A DNA stretch of 64,000 nucleotides from an uncultured Chitinophaga sp. (GTDB taxonomy: Bacteria > Planctomycetota > Phycisphaerae > Phycisphaerales > SM1A02): contig CAYTYU010000001.1 of assembly GCA_964440815.1 (NCBI GenBank), positions 5,646 to 69,645 of the forward strand, in the 5' to 3' direction. This document shows, piece after piece, positions 34,425-43,656 of this stretch. A program made the translations under genes and the position numbers. Position 1 is the stretch's first letter. Every line of letters begins with the position of its first letter. The notes beneath the pieces were generated by a model that was not told the origin of the DNA, searched no databases, and worked only from the letters and a program-made list of their open reading frames with translations.

Positions 34425-35924
34425 CTACCAGGCGTACGTGGCGGTGTAGGTGATGATCTTCGTGCCCTCGGCCGGGATCTCGACGTCGAAGGCGATGGTG
34501 GCGCTGTCGAGCTTCGTGAAGTCGTCGGACTGCTGGGTGAGCTGCCAGTTCGTCCAGCGGTAGGGGCGTTCCAGCACGCGCACCTTCTGCGCCACGGACT
34601 TCTGGTTGCGCACCTCGACCTTGATGGTCTCGGTCATGCGCCGGGCCGCGTTGTCGACCGAGAAGTCCGTGCGCGTGCGCTCGCCCACCACGTCGAAGGC
34701 CTCGCCCAGCTTCACCTTCACCGTCTCGTTGCGCGGCGTGTGGCCGATCAGGTCCTCGCCCACGAATTCGAGCGTGCCGTCGGCGGGGTCCTCCTTGTAG
34801 ACGCGCACCTTGCCGGCCGGAAGCGGCATGCCGAGCTGGTTCTCCCTGCGGTTCTCGAAGGACACCAGGACGGAGGGGTTCCCCTTGCGCGCGATGACGA
34901 AGTCGCGGTCGAGAATCGGTGCACCTGGCGCGCCGACGCCGCCCGCGAGGTCGAGCACCAGCTCCTTGGTCACCTTGAAGGCGGCCACCGGCGGGAAGAG
35001 CGCGAGCTGCTGCGTCGAGTTCTGCAGCACGTCGGTGCGGCGCGGGAGGGTGTACAGGTGGTACTCGAAGAAGGACTTCTCCTCGAAGCCGGGGGCGGCG
35101 TCGGCCATGGCCACGGCTTCCATCCGGACGCCGCGCATCATCGGGCGCTGCGGCTCGACCTTCTGCACGTTTCCGGCCACGAGCTTGAGCTCGGTGTCCA
35201 GGTACGACGCGCCCGAGAGGTTCATGAGGGTCACCCACGCGGTGATGCCGGCATTGGCATCGCTGCCGTCGAGCACCAGGTTGTAGTCGGCGCGCCAGGT
35301 CATGCCGGCCGTCTGGTAGGTGGTTCGCACGAGGTGGTCGCCGCCCTCCTTGCTCGAGAGCTTCCAGATGAGCGTCGGCTTGGTGAGGAGCCCGCCGGGA
35401 AGCGCCCCGAGCTGCACCTGCGCGCCCTGCATGGGCACCACGCGCAGGCCGTCGGCGGTCTGCAGGACCAGCTGGCCCTGCGTGGCGCTGAGCAAGGTGC
35501 CGGAGACGTTGCTCGCCTCGTCGCCCATGGGGACGGTGAGGGACACCGGCCGGTCGACGTAGCGCTCCATGAGCTTCGAGGGGCTGACGAGGTCGAACTG
35601 GAAGTTCTGCTCGAGCACCGTGGTGGTCGGGTCCTGCAGGTCGGCGAAGGAGACCGTGGTCGGGTCGATCCACGCGGCGACGTCGGTGAAGGCGACGTCG
35701 CCCGTGCCCTTCGGAACCTTCACCGTGCGCACCACCTTCACCACGCCGTAGCCCGGCACGCCCCAGACGTTGTCCATGCCGCTCATGCGCTGCTGCTGCA
35801 CGAATTGCCGTGGGTCGAAGCCCGCGGGGTCCGCGGAGGAATAGACGGTGAGCGACGTCCCCGGCGCGGGAGCGTCGGGTGCGGCGGCGAGCAGGGCGGC
35901 GACGGCGAGCGGGGCGATGGACAT
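34425..35924 (-). CDS. DUF4139 domain-containing secreted protein
   Basis: Start MSIAPLAVAALLAAAPDA (ATG 35924, GGAGG SD) within ORF 34425..36215. It has DUF4139-type segments (TTYQTAGMTWRADYNLVL, FFEYHLYTLPRRTDVLQNSTQQ, GKVRVYKED). Confidence 0.7.
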   Translation of the reverse strand: MSIAPLAVAALLAAAPDAPAPGTSLTVYSSADPAGFDPRQFVQQQRMSGMDNVWGVPGYGVVKVVRTVKVPKGTGDVAFTDVAAWIDPTTVSFADLQDPTTTVLEQNFQFDLVSPSKLMERYVDRPVSLTVPMGDEASNVSGTLLSATQGQLVLQTADGLRVVPMQGAQVQLGALPGGLLTKPTLIWKLSSKEGGDHLVRTTYQTAGMTWRADYNLVLDGSDANAGITAWVTLMNLSGASYLDTELKLVAGNVQKVEPQRPMMRGVRMEAVAMADAAPGFEEKSFFEYHLYTLPRRTDVLQNSTQQLALFPPVAAFKVTKELVLDLAGGVGAPGAPILDRDFVIARKGNPSVLVSFENRRENQLGMPLPAGKVRVYKEDPADGTLEFVGEDLIGHTPRNETVKVKLGEAFDVVGERTRTDFSVDNAARRMTETIKVEVRNQKSVAQKVRVLERPYRWTNWQLTQQSDDFTKLDSATIAFDVEIPAEGTKIITYTATYAW

Positions 35925-35981
35925 GCGGGTGACCTCCGTGGTCCGGAGCGTAGCCCGGGCCACGGCTATGCTCGCCCGGCG

Positions 35982-37691
35982 ATGTCCCCCAGACGCGCGA
36001 TCCTTGCCGCGGTGGCGGCGTTCCTTGCGGTGAACGTGCTGTTCCTGGGGGCGCGGCCGGTGCTCACGGCCGACGAGACCCGCTACGGCAGCATCGCCGC
36101 GCAGATGGCGGAGCGGGGCGACTGGCTGGCCCTGCAGATGAGCGGGTTCAAGTTCTACGAGAAGCCGCCGCTGGTCACGTGGATGATGGCGGTGTCGATC
36201 GAGGCGTTCGGGCACACGGGGTTCGCGATCCGCCTGCCGATGGCGCTGTGCGGCGGGCTGGCGGCGCTGGCCGTCGCGGTGGGCGCGCGCCGGGGCGCGA
36301 TGCTGATGGGGCGTTCACGGGACGACGCCACCGTGACCGGTGCGCTGGTGGCGCTGTGCGCGATGACGATGGTGCTGCCGGCCGTGGGTGCGAGCGTTGC
36401 CATCCTCGACATGCCGATCGCCGCATTCACGGTGTCTGCCTCGGTGGCCGTGTTCATGGCGGCCACCGGACCCGCCGGTCGTGAGCGCCTGGCGTGGCTG
36501 GCCGCGGCCGGCGTGATGGCCGGGCTGGCCTTCATGACCAAGGGCCTGCTGTCGCTCGTCTACCCGGCGATGGCCGTGGCGCCGTGGCTTGCGTGGGAGC
36601 GCCGCTGGCGCGACCTGTTCACGCTGCCGTGGGTGCCGCTCGTCGTCGGTGCGATCGTCGTGCTGCCGTGGGCGATCGCGGTGAGCCGCGCCGAGCCCGG
36701 GTTCTGGCACCGCTTCATCGTGCACGAGCACGTCCAGCGCTTCCTGGGCACGGGGTCGAACCAGCCCAAGGAGCCGATGGCCTTCTACCTGCTGGTGGTG
36801 CCGCTGGGTGCGGTGCCGTGGATCGTCACGCTGCCGATGGCGGCGCGGCGCTGGCCCGCGCTCGCGCGCGAGTCGGCGGGCGTGCGGTTTGCGGCGTGCG
36901 CCGTGCTCGGGCCGCTCCTCTTCCTGTCGCTGAGCCGCGGAAAGCTGCCGACCTATTCGCTCCCGGTGTTCCCGCCACTGGCGTGGCTCCTCGTCGAGGG
37001 GTTGCTGGCCGCCTTCGCGGCGATGCCGGTGCGCGCGGCGCGTGGCGCGGCGTTCCTGCCGGGCGCGACGCTCGGGGCGCTGGGGATTGCGGCACTCGGG
37101 CTGTCCCTTTCGGGAGATGCATCCCGTGAGCTCCTGTCTCGGGCGTGGCTCGATGCGCCGCATGGGCATGCCGCGGTGCTCGGGGCCGTGCTGGTGCTGT
37201 GGGGCGCGGGCGACTGGCTTGCGCAGCGCGCGCCGGCCGGTCCGCGACGCCTGGCGTGGATGGGGCTGTCGCCGGTCGCCGCGCTGGCGTCGTTCGGGCT
37301 CCTCTTCCCGGATGCGGCGCTGGACGACGCGCTGGCGTCCGGGCGAACGGTCGAGTCCGAGCGTTCGGTCCTGCGCGGCGCAGGCACGCTCTTCTGCGAC
37401 CAGAAGCTGGCGCATGCGTCGGCCTGGTTCATCGACCGCGAGGACTTCGTGGTGGTCGACGCGCCGCGCGAGTTCCGCAACGGGCTGGGCCGTGCGGAGG
37501 ATGACGGACGGCTGGTGGACGACGCATCGTTCCCGGCGCGGCTCGCGTCCGCGCGCGCGCAGGGCTCGGTGTGCCTCGCCGCCGCGACGCACATCGTGGA
37601 CCGGCTCGTGGCGCTCGAAGGGGTGCCGGCGCCGCAACGACGCTCCGACCACCGCGGGTGGGCACTCGTCGAGTTCGCGCCGGCGCGCTAG
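35982..37691 (+). CDS. ArnT/PMT-like glycosyltransferase (GT39/GT83-type, polyprenyl-phosphate sugar dependent)
   Basis: Start MSPRRAILAAVAAFLAV within ORF 34740..37691. It carries the signature DETRYGSIAAQMAERGDW...FKFYEKPPLVTWMMA, followed by about 11 TM helices and a C-terminal soluble domain. Confidence 0.8.
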   Translation: MSPRRAILAAVAAFLAVNVLFLGARPVLTADETRYGSIAAQMAERGDWLALQMSGFKFYEKPPLVTWMMAVSIEAFGHTGFAIRLPMALCGGLAALAVAVGARRGAMLMGRSRDDATVTGALVALCAMTMVLPAVGASVAILDMPIAAFTVSASVAVFMAATGPAGRERLAWLAAAGVMAGLAFMTKGLLSLVYPAMAVAPWLAWERRWRDLFTLPWVPLVVGAIVVLPWAIAVSRAEPGFWHRFIVHEHVQRFLGTGSNQPKEPMAFYLLVVPLGAVPWIVTLPMAARRWPALARESAGVRFAACAVLGPLLFLSLSRGKLPTYSLPVFPPLAWLLVEGLLAAFAAMPVRAARGAAFLPGATLGALGIAALGLSLSGDASRELLSRAWLDAPHGHAAVLGAVLVLWGAGDWLAQRAPAGPRRLAWMGLSPVAALASFGLLFPDAALDDALASGRTVESERSVLRGAGTLFCDQKLAHASAWFIDREDFVVVDAPREFRNGLGRAEDDGRLVDDASFPARLASARAQGSVCLAAATHIVDRLVALEGVPAPQRRSDHRGWALVEFAPAR

Positions 37692-38647
37692 CCGAGCACG
37701 CAGCAGGCGTCCATCAGCTCCAGGCAGAACTCGCGTGCGCTCGGCGGCCGGCGCGCGGGGTCGCGTTCGAGCGCGCGCCCGAGGAGCTTCGAGAGCGATC
37801 CATCGAGGTCCGGTCGGCGGTGCGATGCATGCACGCGGTCCGGGGCGAGCGCCGCCCGCAGCAGCGCCGCAGGATGGCTCGATTCGACCGGATACGGCAT
37901 CGCGCCGGTGAGCAGCCGGTAGAGAAGCAGCGCGGATTGGTAGACGTCGACCGCGGGTCCGATCGGCCCGATCGAGGGATCGGCCTGCTCGGGGCTGATC
38001 CACGCGAGGGTGCCCACGATGCTGCCGGTCTCGGTGGCGTCGGATGCCGGCAGGTCCGGGGTTGCCAGGTCGCGCGCCGCGCCGAAGTCGATGAGCGTCG
38101 CGGTGCCGGCGTCGTCGACGAGCACGTTCGACGGCTTCACGTCCCGGTGCACCACGCCGTTTGCGTGCGCGTGGTCGAGCGCGTCAAGCAACTGCATGAC
38201 CAGGTGGATGCGTTCGGCGTCGGTGCAGGTGCGTCGGGTGCAGGCAGTGTCGATCCGCACCCCCGCGACGAGTTCGGTGGCGATCCACGCACGGCCATCG
38301 TCGGTGTGCCCATCGCCCATCGAACGGACGATGCCGGGATGATGCAGGCGATCGAGGATCCCGCGTTCCCGGGCGAAGCGTGTGCGCGCGGCCTTCGGGC
38401 GGGCACCCGCCGAGGCCACCTTCACCGCGGCGGCGGCGCCATTGGCCAGCCGCGCACGGTAGACGGTTCCGGTGCCGCCATCGGCGATGCGCGCCTCGAG
38501 GCGCGCGCCGCGGATCGTGGGATGTGAGTCAACCTCCGCCGCGAGGACGGCGGTCGGACGGTCGTTGCATGCGGCAGGCACGCCGTCCGCATGCGGGTCA
38601 TCGAGCCGGTCGATGCGGTCCCAGCCTCGGCTCCACGCGTCGGTCAC
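37688..38647 (-). CDS. Hanks-type serine/threonine protein kinase (soluble, kinase domain only)
   Basis: Motifs GGTGTVYRA, AAVKVA, HRDVKPSNVLV, DFGAAR and WISPEQ. GTG start with AAGGAGA SD. Confidence 0.85.
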   Translation of the reverse strand: MTDAWSRGWDRIDRLDDPHADGVPAACNDRPTAVLAAEVDSHPTIRGARLEARIADGGTGTVYRARLANGAAAAVKVASAGARPKAARTRFARERGILDRLHHPGIVRSMGDGHTDDGRAWIATELVAGVRIDTACTRRTCTDAERIHLVMQLLDALDHAHANGVVHRDVKPSNVLVDDAGTATLIDFGAARDLATPDLPASDATETGSIVGTLAWISPEQADPSIGPIGPAVDVYQSALLLYRLLTGAMPYPVESSHPAALLRAALAPDRVHASHRRPDLDGSLSKLLGRALERDPARRPPSAREFCLELMDACCVLG

Positions 38648-38661
38648 GTCGGTCTCCTTCC

Positions 38662-38698
38662 CCGGGCCGCGGGGCGCGCTTCGGCGCCCCGCGGCCGG
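38662..38698 (-). terminator. 15-bp GC hairpin (one bulge) downstream of the PEP-CTERM gene
   Basis: ccgggccgcggggcgc gcttcg gcgccccgcggccgg, located between the stop at 38718 and the kinase start at 38647. Confidence 0.4.
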
Positions 38699-38717
38699 TT
38701 TCCTCGGGAACGAACGG

Positions 38718-39443
38718 TCAGCGGCGGCGGCGGCGCGCCATCAGGCCCGCGGCGCCGAGCAGCGCGAGCGCGCCCGGGGCCGGGATCTGGCTGAACTCCT
38801 GGCGGATGAACGAGGCGGTCGAGAAGCCCTCCGCCGTCGGCGAGAAGAACTTCATGTTCTTGTTCACCTCGAAGGCGCGGTAGCCCTGCAGGCTGAAGAT
38901 GGCATCGTCCTGGTACTGGATCTGCGGCGGCGTGTTGGCGGTGTAGAAGACCGAGAGGTTGTCGAGAAAGGTGTTGGAATCGAGGTCGAAGATCGTCTCG
39001 TCCACGCGCGAGAACGACCCGGCGCCACCGGACGATCCGTTGAACACCAGGCCGACGTCGACCAGGCGGACGCCCTGCTGGTAGAACTGCGGCAGCACCT
39101 CGACCGTGTACTGGAGGTTCCCCTCGTGGACGATGTTGTCACCGGGACTGCCGTCGCCGAACGGGCCGACGAGATCGAAGCCGACGCTGTACAGCCCGTA
39201 CTGGTTGGTGTTCTGCGAGATGAAGCCGATCACCGAGATGTTGGTGGACAGGAACACGTCCGTCCGCCACGACTCAATGGTGAAGAGCTTGTCCTCGACG
39301 ATGAACTGGCCGCCGGAATCGAGCAGGTCCTGCAGGTTGATTGCGTCGCCGTTGCCGAGCACCACCACGCTGGCCGAGGCGGAGCCGGCTCCGGCGAGTG
39401 CGAGCACGAGGGCGAGGGATGCGGCGCTTCGAATCGGTGTCAT
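38718..39443 (-). CDS. PEP-CTERM sorting domain-containing protein (paralogue A)
   Basis: Signal peptide. The C-terminus is IPAPGALALLGAAGLMARRRRR. It shares blocks with the upstream paralogue (NQYGL..VGFD.VGPFGD, SRVDET..DLD.N.FL.NL, FRAFEVNKN.KF). AGGAGA SD. Confidence 0.8.
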   Translation of the reverse strand: MTPIRSAASLALVLALAGAGSASASVVVLGNGDAINLQDLLDSGGQFIVEDKLFTIESWRTDVFLSTNISVIGFISQNTNQYGLYSVGFDLVGPFGDGSPGDNIVHEGNLQYTVEVLPQFYQQGVRLVDVGLVFNGSSGGAGSFSRVDETIFDLDSNTFLDNLSVFYTANTPPQIQYQDDAIFSLQGYRAFEVNKNMKFFSPTAEGFSTASFIRQEFSQIPAPGALALLGAAGLMARRRRR

Positions 39444-39464
39444 GGATGTCTCCTGGGGTGAATG

Positions 39465-39494
39465 GGAACTGGAACTGGAACTGGAACTGGAACG
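39465..39494. repeat. hexanucleotide microsatellite (GGAACT)4 plus GGAACG
   Basis: Read directly: ggaact ggaact ggaact ggaact ggaacg. It lies in the 69-nt gap between the two PEP-CTERM paralogues, 22-51 nt upstream of the ATG at 39443 (minus-strand reading AGTTCC). Confidence 0.9.
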
Positions 39495-39512
39495 TGGCCC
39501 ACAGCCGCGGCG

Positions 39513-40259
39513 TCATCGCCGGCGCCTGCTGCCGGCAAACGCGGCGCCGACGCCGAGGAGCGCGATCGCGCCCGGGGCGGGCAGCATGGCCTGTCGGAAC
39601 TCCTGGCGGACGAAGGTGGCGGTGGCGCTGCCGCCGGCGGGCGCGAGGAACTTGATGTTCTTGTTGACCTCGAACGCCCGGAATCCGGGAAGGCCCGTCA
39701 GCTGCACGAAGTCGAGCGAGCTTGACCACGTGCCGCTCGACGGCGGACCTGCGGCCGCGAAGGCCGCCAGGTTCCCGAGGAAACGGTTGTTGTCGAGGTC
39801 CATCACGGTCTCGTCGACCCGGGCGATCGCGCCGGTGCCCGAGACCGCGCCGTCGAAGGACAGGCCGATGCCGCGCAGGCTGACGTCGGCCGCATAGGCC
39901 GAGGGAAGCACCGCGACCTGGTAGCGGATGTTCATGTCGGCGTAGGCGCCGTTTCCGGGAGTGAAGTCGCCGAACGGCCCGACGATGTCGAAGCCGACGT
40001 CGTTCAGGCCGTACTGGTTGGTTGTCGCCGACACGTAGGCGCGGATGCTGAAGGCCGAGCGCGAGAAGGTGGACGAGGTCACCGACAGGAAGGTGAAGCG
40101 CTTGTCGTCGATCTCGATCACGCGGTCGCTGCCCGAGGCCAGCAGCGTGGTGAGGTTGATGGACTGCCCGTTGGTCAGCACCACGACGGCGTGGGCATGG
40201 CCCGCGGCGGCGGCTGCGGCGGCGATGGCGAGGACGGCGATGCTCGGTCTGGTCTGCAT
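39513..40259 (-). CDS. PEP-CTERM sorting domain-containing protein (paralogue B)
   Basis: Signal peptide MQTRPSIAVLAIAAAAAAAGHAHA. The C-terminus is LPAPGAIALLGVGAAFAGSRRRR. It is collinear in similarity with paralogue A. Confidence 0.8.
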   Translation of the reverse strand: MQTRPSIAVLAIAAAAAAAGHAHAVVVLTNGQSINLTTLLASGSDRVIEIDDKRFTFLSVTSSTFSRSAFSIRAYVSATTNQYGLNDVGFDIVGPFGDFTPGNGAYADMNIRYQVAVLPSAYAADVSLRGIGLSFDGAVSGTGAIARVDETVMDLDNNRFLGNLAAFAAAGPPSSGTWSSSLDFVQLTGLPGFRAFEVNKNIKFLAPAGGSATATFVRQEFRQAMLPAPGAIALLGVGAAFAGSRRRR

Positions 40260-40544
40260 GAAGTGCTCCTGGTCTCTTTGGCAGTCGGTTCAGTCGCCAC
40301 GAACGGCGCCGCCCCATGCGGGCCGTCGGTGCGATGGATCCGGATGGTGGGCACGGCGCTTCGCGGTTTCAATGGCGTGGCCCGGGTTGCGTGCCACTTC
40401 GTCGCAATCGATCGTCGAACGCGCGGACGCTTCCTGCAGAGGTCTTCCCCGGCCGTCGCCCGGCGAGCCCGTGCGCACAAGCGAACCGCCCGCGCGGCAC
40501 GGTGGTGCGGCGCGGGCGGGTTGGGGGCGCATGTGCGCGCGAGG

Positions 40545-40560
40545 CCCGCCCTTCGGCGGG
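40545..40560 (-). terminator. short GC hairpin cccgcc-cttc-ggcggg just downstream of the response-regulator stop (a second 10-bp hairpin lies at 40486..40519)
   Basis: Read directly, 24 nt after the stop at 40584 on the minus strand. Confidence 0.35.
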
Positions 40561-40583
40561 AATCTCGCGCGGAGTCGGGGCGA

Positions 40584-41366
40584 TCAGGCCTGCACGATTC
40601 CCTCGCGGATCGCGAATCGCATCAGCTCGCTGCGCGTGGCGATGCCGAGCTTGCGCATGATGCGCTCCTGGTGGCCGTCGATCGTCTTGGGGCTGCGCGA
40701 GAGGGACTTTCCGATCTCGACGCGGGACAGGCCGTTTCCGATGTGCCGCAGCACCTCGATCTCGCGAGAGCTCAGCCGGTCGACGGAACTCACGATCTGC
40801 TCGGCGTCGCGGCTGCCGCGGCGTGACCGCTTCGTGCCGCGCACGGCGCGTGCGGCCGGGCACTGGGCCATGACCTTCGGTCCCATGATGAACGTGCCGC
40901 GCGCGCTGCGGGCGATCCGCTTCAGGCCGTCGAGGATGTCGCGGAGGTCATCGCCCTTCGCGAAGTAGCCGGAGGCCCCGCAGCGGTACGCAGCCGCGAG
41001 CAGTCCGTCGCGCACGTGCGCGCTCAGGAAGGCGAAGCGGACGTCCGGGAAGCGCTGGCGCAGCCGGTCGGCGGCCTCGAAGACGTCGGGGCCCGGCATC
41101 TCGACGTCGAGCGTGATGACGTCCGGCTGGATGCGCGCGACCTCGTCCACGAGTCTCGAGACGTCGGGAAGGCCGGACACGAAGTCGATCTCCGGGTCGA
41201 GCTCGGCCTGGACGCGCATTCCCTGCACGAGCAGTGCATGGTCGTCGACGCACATGAGTCGCACCACCACCTCAGACGTCCCGGTCACCGGGCTCACGGC
41301 CTTCTTGCGCGCGAGCGTGCGGGCGGATGCGGCCGGGTCGGCCGTCGCGATTGCGCTGTCAGTCAT
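40584..41366 (-). CDS. response regulator, NarL/LuxR family (REC plus LuxR HTH)
   Basis: Start MTDSAIATA (GAGGAGG SD) within ORF 40584..41474. The REC domain reads RLMCVDDHALL..VITLDVEMPG. The HTH reads LSSREIEVLRHIGNGLSRVEIGKSLSRSPKTIDGHQERIMRKLG. Confidence 0.85.
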   Translation of the reverse strand: MTDSAIATADPAASARTLARKKAVSPVTGTSEVVVRLMCVDDHALLVQGMRVQAELDPEIDFVSGLPDVSRLVDEVARIQPDVITLDVEMPGPDVFEAADRLRQRFPDVRFAFLSAHVRDGLLAAAYRCGASGYFAKGDDLRDILDGLKRIARSARGTFIMGPKVMAQCPAARAVRGTKRSRRGSRDAEQIVSSVDRLSSREIEVLRHIGNGLSRVEIGKSLSRSPKTIDGHQERIMRKLGIATRSELMRFAIREGIVQA

Positions 41367-43293
41367 CTTGCCTCCTCTTCTGGATGATGGAACACACCTG
41401 GTCGACGCCGACCAGGAGGGTGTCGAAGTCGGTGTGCCGCCGGACGATCCCGGCGGCGATGCCGCGCCAGGCACGCCGCGCCGCGGGGATCGGCTCGCCG
41501 TGGAGGACGACCGTCCGCCCGGTGCGCCGGGCGAGCCAGCGGACCGCGTCGCGCGCGGGGACGATCCGCGGGTCGGCGATCCACGCGTCCGCCTCGGAGG
41601 CGTCGTCGAGCGTCACCATGCGCATCCCGCGGGCACGCATCGCGGATTCCATGAAGGCAGCCGCGCGGCTGTCGGCGAGCGAGATGGCCACGTGCGCGTC
41701 CGCGACGGCCTCGGGCAGCGGGCAGTGCGGCAGCGCCAACCGGATCGCCGTGCCCTCGCCGGGCCCCGAGTCTATCGCGACCGAGCCGCCGGCCTCTCGC
41801 GCCACGCGCTGGACGAGCGCCAGCCCGAGCCCCGAGCCGACCTGCCGGGTCTTGGTCGTGAAGAACATGTCGAAGGCGCGGGCGCGGACCTCCTCGCTCA
41901 TGCCGCAGCCGTTGTCCGCCACCGAGAGCTCGATGGACTGGCCGTCGGGGGATGACGAGGCCCGGAGCGTGACCTTGCCCGGCGTCTCGCGCTGCGCCGC
42001 GGTGATTGCCTCGCCCGCGTTCACGAAGAGGTTGAGCACGGCCTGCGTGAGGGCCCGCTCGGCCACGTCGACGCGCGGCAGCCCGGCGGGGATCTCCGCG
42101 GCGACGGCGGTGAGCGGCGGCAGCGCCTGGCGGAGCAGGGGCTGCACCCGCGCCCACCATGCGTTCAGGTCCGTGCCGTCGCCGTTGCCGTTGGCGGGCC
42201 CCGGGTCGTTGGCCAGCGAGTGCAGTCCGTCGGCGAGCCCCTGCAGGTAGTCGATGCCGCTTCGGATCTCGTCGACGTGCTTCTCCGCCCCCGCCGGCGG
42301 GTCCGGAGACTCGGCAGAGGACCGGTCCAGCGCGTTGAGGTGCGCACGCACGGGGAGCAGGACGTTGTTCATGTCGTGGCCGAGCCCGGCGGCCAGCGTG
42401 CCCAGCGCGGTCAGCCGGTCGGCCTGGCGCAGCCGTGCGTCGGCGATCCGCTCGGCCTCGTTGTCGCGCAGGATCGCCACGAACCGTGAGCGCCGCTCGA
42501 CCTCGCACACGACCAGTTCCACGGGGACCGACCGGCCGTCCGCGCGGCGCGCCTTCGCCTGGATGGCCCGGCCGAAGCGCGGGGCGCGGCCGCCGGCGGC
42601 GTACGTGGCGATGGCGCGCGGAGAGATGGCCGGGTCGACGTCCCGGAGGATCCCGTCGATCGGCGTGCCGACCAGCGAGTCCGGCGTGCGCCCCAGGACC
42701 GCCTCGGACGACGGGCTGGCCGCCTCGATGGTCCCCATCGCGTCGAAGCGCAGGATCGCCTCCCCGAGGCTCTCGACGATCGCGCGCAGCTGCGCCTCGC
42801 TCAGGGCCTGCTGGCGCCGCGCGAAGTCCGCCTGCGCCAGTGCCGCGGCGTGCCCACCCACGAGGTCGAGCAGCTCGTCGCCGGGACGCGGACCGCACGC
42901 GGGCGAGCGCCGCAGGGCCAGGAGCACCGCGAAGATGGTGCCGTCGTTGTCCCGGATCGGGGACAGGCGCAGCGCGCGGAAGCCGGCGTCCCGGATGGCG
43001 AGCGAGGCGAAGTCCGGGTCGCAGCCGGCGGCATCGAGGTCGTCGACCACGTGCGGCGCGACGATGCGCCCGGGGACGTAGGACGTCTGCACGAACGGGA
43101 TGATGGCGGACGCCTCGCGGTCGCTGAGCCCGTGCCACGCGACGGCGGTCGGTCCCGCCTTGCCCGATTCCTGCACCAGGAGCGCGGCGGCATCGACGCC
43201 GCCGATCCTCGCCGCCGAAGCAAGCAGCGCGGGGATCTCGTGCCGGCCGATCTGTGAATGCGCCGCTGCCATTTCCCGGTGCAACGTATTCAT
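41359..43293 (-). CDS. cytoplasmic sensor histidine kinase (GAF-like, PAS, HisKA, HATPase and a C-terminal receiver-like domain)
   Basis: H box LAAGLGHDMNNVLLPV; N box LNLFVNAGEA; G1 DNGCGM; G2 GSGLGLALV. The PAS segment is IVESLGEAILRFDAMGTI. No TM helices. It overlaps the regulator gene by 8 nt. ATG 43293 is preferred over TTG 43311. Confidence 0.85.
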   Translation of the reverse strand: MNTLHREMAAAHSQIGRHEIPALLASAARIGGVDAAALLVQESGKAGPTAVAWHGLSDREASAIIPFVQTSYVPGRIVAPHVVDDLDAAGCDPDFASLAIRDAGFRALRLSPIRDNDGTIFAVLLALRRSPACGPRPGDELLDLVGGHAAALAQADFARRQQALSEAQLRAIVESLGEAILRFDAMGTIEAASPSSEAVLGRTPDSLVGTPIDGILRDVDPAISPRAIATYAAGGRAPRFGRAIQAKARRADGRSVPVELVVCEVERRSRFVAILRDNEAERIADARLRQADRLTALGTLAAGLGHDMNNVLLPVRAHLNALDRSSAESPDPPAGAEKHVDEIRSGIDYLQGLADGLHSLANDPGPANGNGDGTDLNAWWARVQPLLRQALPPLTAVAAEIPAGLPRVDVAERALTQAVLNLFVNAGEAITAAQRETPGKVTLRASSSPDGQSIELSVADNGCGMSEEVRARAFDMFFTTKTRQVGSGLGLALVQRVAREAGGSVAIDSGPGEGTAIRLALPHCPLPEAVADAHVAISLADSRAAAFMESAMRARGMRMVTLDDASEADAWIADPRIVPARDAVRWLARRTGRTVVLHGEPIPAARRAWRGIAAGIVRRHTDFDTLLVGVDQVCSIIQKRRQDD

Positions 43294-43458
43294 GATCGCC
43301 CCCGATCTCAAGGAGATACCCGTGCGTTCAGGCCCGGTCGCGCACTTCCCGCCCCGGTTTGGGGGAAACGTCCCCGCTTGCGCATCCCGGCCGCGCCATG
43401 AAGATCATCGACAGTCGCGATCTGCACGCAGTACCGAAATCGGCCAGGAGGAGCACGC

Positions 43459-43656
43459 ATGCGTCTGGTGATACGCCCGATATCCGAACCAACGCACGCG
43501 GTCGACGTGACCGACCGCGTCGTCCGCGTGATCGCCGAGGAACTGCAGCGCTCGGTGGGGGGCAACCACGTGCTGAACATGCTCGAGGCCGAGCGCGCCG
43601 TGCAGGTCCTGCTGTCCGGCGACCCGTCGCGCGCCGGACGGGTGGAGGCGCCATGA
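43459..43656 (+). CDS. small hypothetical protein (65 aa, DUF2934-like pattern)
   Basis: Strong SD AGGAGGAG 5 nt upstream of the ATG. Its stop overlaps the next ATG (ATGA at 43653..43656). The sequence EPTHAVDVTDRVVRVIAEELQRSVGGNHVLNMLEAERAVQVL resembles the DUF2934 layout but lacks its aromatic residues. Confidence 0.55.
   Translation: MRLVIRPISEPTHAVDVTDRVVRVIAEELQRSVGGNHVLNMLEAERAVQVLLSGDPSRAGRVEAP

Noticed and set aside
39465-39494. CRISPR array or coding repeat as an explanation for the GGAACT repeats (the track shows FQFQFQ, NWNWNW and GTGTGT translations).
   Set aside because: The units are 6 nt, contiguous and without spacers. The repeat lies in a 69-nt intergenic gap between two well-defined genes. 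The repeat-containing ORFs are shadow frames.
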